Source: an uncultured Flavobacteriales bacterium (GTDB lineage Bacteria > Bacteroidota > Bacteroidia > Flavobacteriales > Schleiferiaceae). From it: a stretch of 61,039 bases of DNA. A program made the position numbers and the translations under genes. Under the pieces are notes generated by a model. That model saw only the letters and a program-made list of their open reading frames with translations. It searched no databases and was not told the origin of the DNA. The stretch is from assembly GCA_937929815.1 (NCBI GenBank), contig CALFUW010000034.1, forward strand, positions 1 to 61,039. Direction: 5' to 3'. Positions 57,104 to 61,039 of the stretch are shown piece after piece (the stretch's first letter is position 1; every line of letters starts with the position of its first letter).

Positions 57104-57349
57104 ATGAAAACGGTTGCGTGTTTAGAGACTGGCCAAACTGCAGTAATATGTGAAAACGGATTGGAAAATATTCCTCTCAAGTTATTAGAAATGGGATGCC
57201 TGCCGGGGAATGCTGTCACATTGGTCCGAAAGGCACCGTTTAGCGATCCGATTTGTATTAGTATCAACGGTAGTCAATACATCATCCGAAAGGATACGGC
57301 TCACATGATACCGGTGAGCGTGGATATTCAGGAAGCAATTACAATGTGA
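57104..57349 (+). CDS. feoA: Ferrous iron transport protein A
   Basis: KLLEMGCLPG, APFSDPI, upstream of feoB. Confidence 0.92.
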   Translation: MKTVACLETGQTAVICENGLENIPLKLLEMGCLPGNAVTLVRKAPFSDPICISINGSQYIIRKDTAHMIPVSVDIQEAITM

Positions 57350-59496
57350 TCCTAAGCAGAGTCGTATCCGAAAATTCTGGCTTATCGTTGAAGAAAACGC
57401 TTAAAATAGCCCTTGCCGGCAATCCCAATACCGGAAAGACATCTCTCTTTAACCTTCTAACAGGCCTCAGACATAAAGTTGGGAACTATCCGGGCATTAC
57501 CGTTGAAAAAAAAGAAGGCCTGGCGACAATTTCCCGTCATTTGCAAGCGGTCATCCTAGACTTACCGGGTTCGTACTCTCTTCATCCTACCTCAGCTGAT
57601 GAACAAATCGCATACAACATCCTGCTTGATGAAAAAAATCCCGATCATCCGGACCTGGTTATTTATGTGGCCGAGGCCGAAAACCTGAAACGAAATCTGT
57701 TTCTTTTCTCCCAAATCAAAGATATTGGACTACCGGTTATTCTGGCCATCAATATGATGGATAAGGTCATTAAAAAAGGGATTTCTATTCATACAGAGAC
57801 TTTAAGCACAATGCTGAAAGTTCCTGTCGTAGCTATAAGTACTCGCAAAGAAACGGGTATAGATCAACTCAAACAAACCATAGCTCATCACACTGAATTT
57901 GATACCTCGCCAATGACCGACCTAGCGGAAATGAAAAAACGCTTAGCGGCAGAAAAAATCAAAAGCGCATTTCCAAATGTCAATTTATATAAAATTTGGT
58001 TATTTCTCACTCATAAAGAACCAATAAAATTTTTGACAAAATCCGAATGGCAGAATATCCTTGACATTCGAAGTGAAATCTCGGATTTAAAACGAATCCA
58101 GCAGCGAGAAACCATTATCCGATATCAAAAAATTCAAGATGTTCTACACGCTTCTTACCGGATAGACAGACTACAAGGCAATGATCTACGAGCCAGACTT
58201 GACCGGATTCTGATTCACCCTGTTTTGGGATATGTCATTTTCGCGTGTATTCTGCTTCTCATTTTTCAATCATTATTTGCATGGACCAGTGCACCTATGG
58301 ATTGGATAGATGGACTTTTTGCAACTTTTGGGGGATGGTTGGGCAGTGTATTACCGGAGGGACGTTTTACAGACTTAATTACTGATGGTATTATTCCCGG
58401 CATAAGCGGCATTGTCATCTTCGTGCCACAAATTGCTGTTCTTATTTTTTTTATATCTCTACTCGAAGAAACCGGTTACATGAGCAGGGCTGTGTTTCTC
58501 ATGGATAAAATCATGCGCCGGTACGGAATGAGCGGCAAAAGTGTACTGCCTTTAATATCCGGAACTGCTTGTGCTATCCCGGCAGTCCTGTCTACACGAA
58601 ATATTGAAAACTGGCGTGAACGGCTCATTACCATTTTGGTGATTCCATTTACGACATGTTCTGCCAGATTACCGGTTTACACAATTCTCATTTCATTGAT
58701 TATTCCAAAAAAGTCGTATTTAGGCCTGTTTAATTTGCAAGGTCTTGTGCTGATGGGTCTATACATGCTTGGATTTTTTATGGCATTTTTTTCTGCTTTT
58801 GTATTAAATAAAATATTGAAAAGAGAACACGGCAATTTCTTTGTCATCGAGCTGCCAGAATACCAATTGCCTTTGGTTAAAAATGTAATTTATTCCGTTT
58901 GGGACAAGACACGTTCCTTTGTATTTGAAGCAGGAAAAATCATTTTATCTATATCGATCATATTATGGTTTCTGGCTTCTCATGGAGGCCGCCCATTTCA
59001 GAATTATGAATTGCTGTCTAAATCCTCTGCCGGCCTGTCTTTAGATCACGAGAAGCAGCAGGATGAACAAGAAGTGGTCGCTTCTGCACTTCTGGAACAT
59101 TCCTATCTCGGTATTTTAGGCAAATCCATCGAACCTCTCATCAAGCCTCTCGGCTATGACTGGAAGATTGGAATTGCCCTGTTAAGTTCTTTTGCAGCCA
59201 GGGAAGTATTCGTAGGTACATTGGCAACCATCTACAGCGTCGGTGATACAGACAACAGTTTTGATACCGTCCGAAATCGAATGAAAATGGAAAAACGAGA
59301 TGACGGTAGTCCGGTGTTCAGTTTTGCGACCGCAGTCTCACTGTTATTGTTTTACGCTTTTGCGATGCAGTGTATGAGTACTCTTGCAATCGTCAAACGT
59401 GAAACAAATTCCTGGAAATGGCCGTTAATTCAATTATTTGGTATGAGTTCACTGGCTTATACGATATCGCTGATTGTTTATCAGATAATCAAATGA
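57346..59496 (+). CDS. feoB: Ferrous iron transport protein B
   Basis: GNPNTGKTSLFN, VGNYPGITVE, DLPGSYSL, NMMD, LEETGYMSR, CSARLPVY, AAREVFV. Confidence 0.97.
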   Translation: MILSRVVSENSGLSLKKTLKIALAGNPNTGKTSLFNLLTGLRHKVGNYPGITVEKKEGLATISRHLQAVILDLPGSYSLHPTSADEQIAYNILLDEKNPDHPDLVIYVAEAENLKRNLFLFSQIKDIGLPVILAINMMDKVIKKGISIHTETLSTMLKVPVVAISTRKETGIDQLKQTIAHHTEFDTSPMTDLAEMKKRLAAEKIKSAFPNVNLYKIWLFLTHKEPIKFLTKSEWQNILDIRSEISDLKRIQQRETIIRYQKIQDVLHASYRIDRLQGNDLRARLDRILIHPVLGYVIFACILLLIFQSLFAWTSAPMDWIDGLFATFGGWLGSVLPEGRFTDLITDGIIPGISGIVIFVPQIAVLIFFISLLEETGYMSRAVFLMDKIMRRYGMSGKSVLPLISGTACAIPAVLSTRNIENWRERLITILVIPFTTCSARLPVYTILISLIIPKKSYLGLFNLQGLVLMGLYMLGFFMAFFSAFVLNKILKREHGNFFVIELPEYQLPLVKNVIYSVWDKTRSFVFEAGKIILSISIILWFLASHGGRPFQNYELLSKSSAGLSLDHEKQQDEQEVVASALLEHSYLGILGKSIEPLIKPLGYDWKIGIALLSSFAAREVFVGTLATIYSVGDTDNSFDTVRNRMKMEKRDDGSPVFSFATAVSLLLFYAFAMQCMSTLAIVKRETNSWKWPLIQLFGMSSLAYTISLIVYQIIK

Positions 59497-59497
59497 G

Positions 59498-59647
59498 ATG
59501 ATTCAGGATTTTTTGGTTTATATTTCACTGGCAGCGGCTTTGGTATTTTTGGTTCAAAAGTTCTTTTTTTCCAAAAAATCGACAGGATGTGCCGGCTGCG
59601 CTGTGAAGCATGGCGAAAAAATCACCTCAAAATCAAAATTACATTAA
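59498..59647 (+). CDS. FeoB-associated Cys-rich membrane peptide (49 aa)
   Basis: Hand translation MIQDFLVYISLAAALVFLVQKFFFSKKSTGCAGCAVKHGEKITSKSKLH*: one TM helix plus CxxC, starting 2 nt after the feoB stop. Absent from the track. Confidence 0.8.
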   Translation: MIQDFLVYISLAAALVFLVQKFFFSKKSTGCAGCAVKHGEKITSKSKLH

Positions 59648-59890
59648 GATTATTCCATCTTTCAATACAGGGATATGCATACATTTATTGAATGAATATA
59701 CGCCTTTATTTAATCCTCTCATAAAAAACGCCGGACTGGATTTGACAATTATGGAATACACAATTTAAGTTCCATCAAAATGATCTATGAATGAGCATTC
59801 ATCCATATAGTAAACCAAAAGAAGCCTTTCATCTGAGAGAGAAAGTGGGCATTTTTTATATAATACCGGCAGTTTAAACCACTACTTTGA

Positions 59891-61039
59891 TCATTCATCC
59901 CACCAGAAGCGGGTCTGCATGTCAGGTGCAGGCTGAGGAAAGTTTTTGTTGTTGAGTCGCTCAATCTGCGGATAGATGAGTCTTCGAGGTATTTGGCCAT
60001 TTGGATTTTGCGGATTTGTCCCGTTGGGATGAGGAGTCAGAGACGGAAATCCCGTACGTCGGTAATCTGTATATGGCTCGTGGTGTGTAAATAGAGCAAT
60101 ATGCTTCTGCACCAATACTTTGTTGAGATCTGAAGCCAAATCGCCGTTAAGTGTGGCATGCTGAGCTATGTAGGCATCAGCCGTATCAGAATTGTAATCC
60201 TCACCCATAATTCGACGGAAATTTTCGTGAATCGCCGATGACAACTCTGCCTGTGCCAGTGCTGTCTGACCCTGACGAACGAATATTTCGGCTTTCATGA
60301 AATATACCTCCTCATACGGGATGAGTGCAAAAGGCGCTCCGATATCACTTAGTACCAATCCTGGAATGGTATCAGCCGTAAAGGGCTTTCTGTACAGCAA
60401 TTTGGTTTTGCGCGGATCATTGAGTTCTGTCAGCAGACGTCTGAAGTCCGGATGCACTACCATATTGGGATTGGTCTGAAAATAGATAAATATTGGGTTA
60501 GGATCTGTCTGGGTCCCCTGGTATTTATAGATAAGGGCTTCCTGAGGACTCGTGAATGTATTTGACAAGTGATTTAATGCTGCGGTTGTGGCGTTTGGGT
60601 CACGCTTTATGGTGTGCAGTGCAATGCGGGCACGAAGGGCATTTGCTGCTTTAATCCATAGAGTGCGATTGCCTCCGTAAAAGAGGTCATCAGTAGAGGG
60701 AGAGAAGTTACTTTGATTTTTTTGTAAATCCTCTACTGCACTGGCCAGTATCTGATCCATGGTGGCATAAATATCCTGCTGTCTGTCAAATCGGGGGCTT
60801 GTATTTTCTCTGTCGAGAGCTTCGGAAAAGGGAACATCCCCCCAAAAAGTAGTAAGTACACTCAGACAGTAGGTCATAAGTACCCTTGCCACTCCCGCAT
60901 AATGAGGTGAACCATTGGCATCTGCCCGGCGAATGATGATGTCTAGATTATGCATTACGCCAATGTAGAAGTCGCTGTACATAAATCCCACAAAGACTTC
61001 GTCGACCACATACTGGCTGATCTGCTGCGGCTGAAGCTG
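59891..61039 (-). CDS. SusD/RagB family nutrient-binding lipoprotein, 5' end outside the window
   Basis: WGDVPFSEA, PRFDRQQDIY, DDLFYGG..WIKAANALRAR, EVYFMKAE, DYRRTGFP, IPRRLIYP, RFWWD. Frame stays open to the window end. Confidence 0.9.
   Translation of the reverse strand, partial: QLQPQQISQYVVDEVFVGFMYSDFYIGVMHNLDIIIRRADANGSPHYAGVARVLMTYCLSVLTTFWGDVPFSEALDRENTSPRFDRQQDIYATMDQILASAVEDLQKNQSNFSPSTDDLFYGGNRTLWIKAANALRARIALHTIKRDPNATTAALNHLSNTFTSPQEALIYKYQGTQTDPNPIFIYFQTNPNMVVHPDFRRLLTELNDPRKTKLLYRKPFTADTIPGLVLSDIGAPFALIPYEEVYFMKAEIFVRQGQTALAQAELSSAIHENFRRIMGEDYNSDTADAYIAQHATLNGDLASDLNKVLVQKHIALFTHHEPYTDYRRTGFPSLTPHPNGTNPQNPNGQIPRRLIYPQIERLNNKNFPQPAPDMQTRFWWDE

Noticed and set aside
59674-59685. 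TATGCATACATT, 10/12 match to the MarR palindrome
   Set aside because: It lies between convergent gene ends, where an operator makes little sense.
1-61039. CRISPR arrays, IS/transposases, integrases, prophage, tRNA/rRNA, defence systems
   Set aside because: No regularly spaced direct repeats, mobile-element proteins or RNA-gene signatures were seen by eye.

Overview
A 61-kb chromosomal window from a Bacteroidota bacterium, probably Flavobacteriales-like. This rests on TAnnTTTG promoter elements, T9SS cargo, SusD, TamL, DUF3078/DUF4271/DUF5777 and the long-form HutU. Most of it is core or housekeeping (rarA, msrB, aroB, hutU, dusB, thiolase, paaZ, hemD, rnz, ettA, nbaC, ppk1, sixA, menA, menC, feoAB). 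I see no transposase, integrase, phage gene, CRISPR array, tRNA or rRNA. The ORF track missed three real genes: a >987-aa beta-helix surface protein running off the left edge (<1-2963, minus), a 58-aa Lacal_2735-type protein (3334-3510) and a 49-aa FeoB-associated Cys-rich membrane peptide (59498-59647). Four candidates stand out. (1) A ~200-nt non-coding segment at 32483-32700 folds into a long irregular rod and may be an uncharacterised structured RNA. (2) A T9SS-type PhoX phosphatase sits next to an imelysin-like/MauG-MbnH-type diheme fusion that could act as a periplasmic metallation or modification maturase. (3) An OB-fold/YceI/DUF5777 barrel/diheme lipoprotein operon beside menA-menC looks like a quinone-linked outer-membrane electron-transfer module. 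(4) Two adjacent envelope proteins appear to be catalytically dead pseudo-enzymes. All family calls come from motif recognition by eye; no searches were run.
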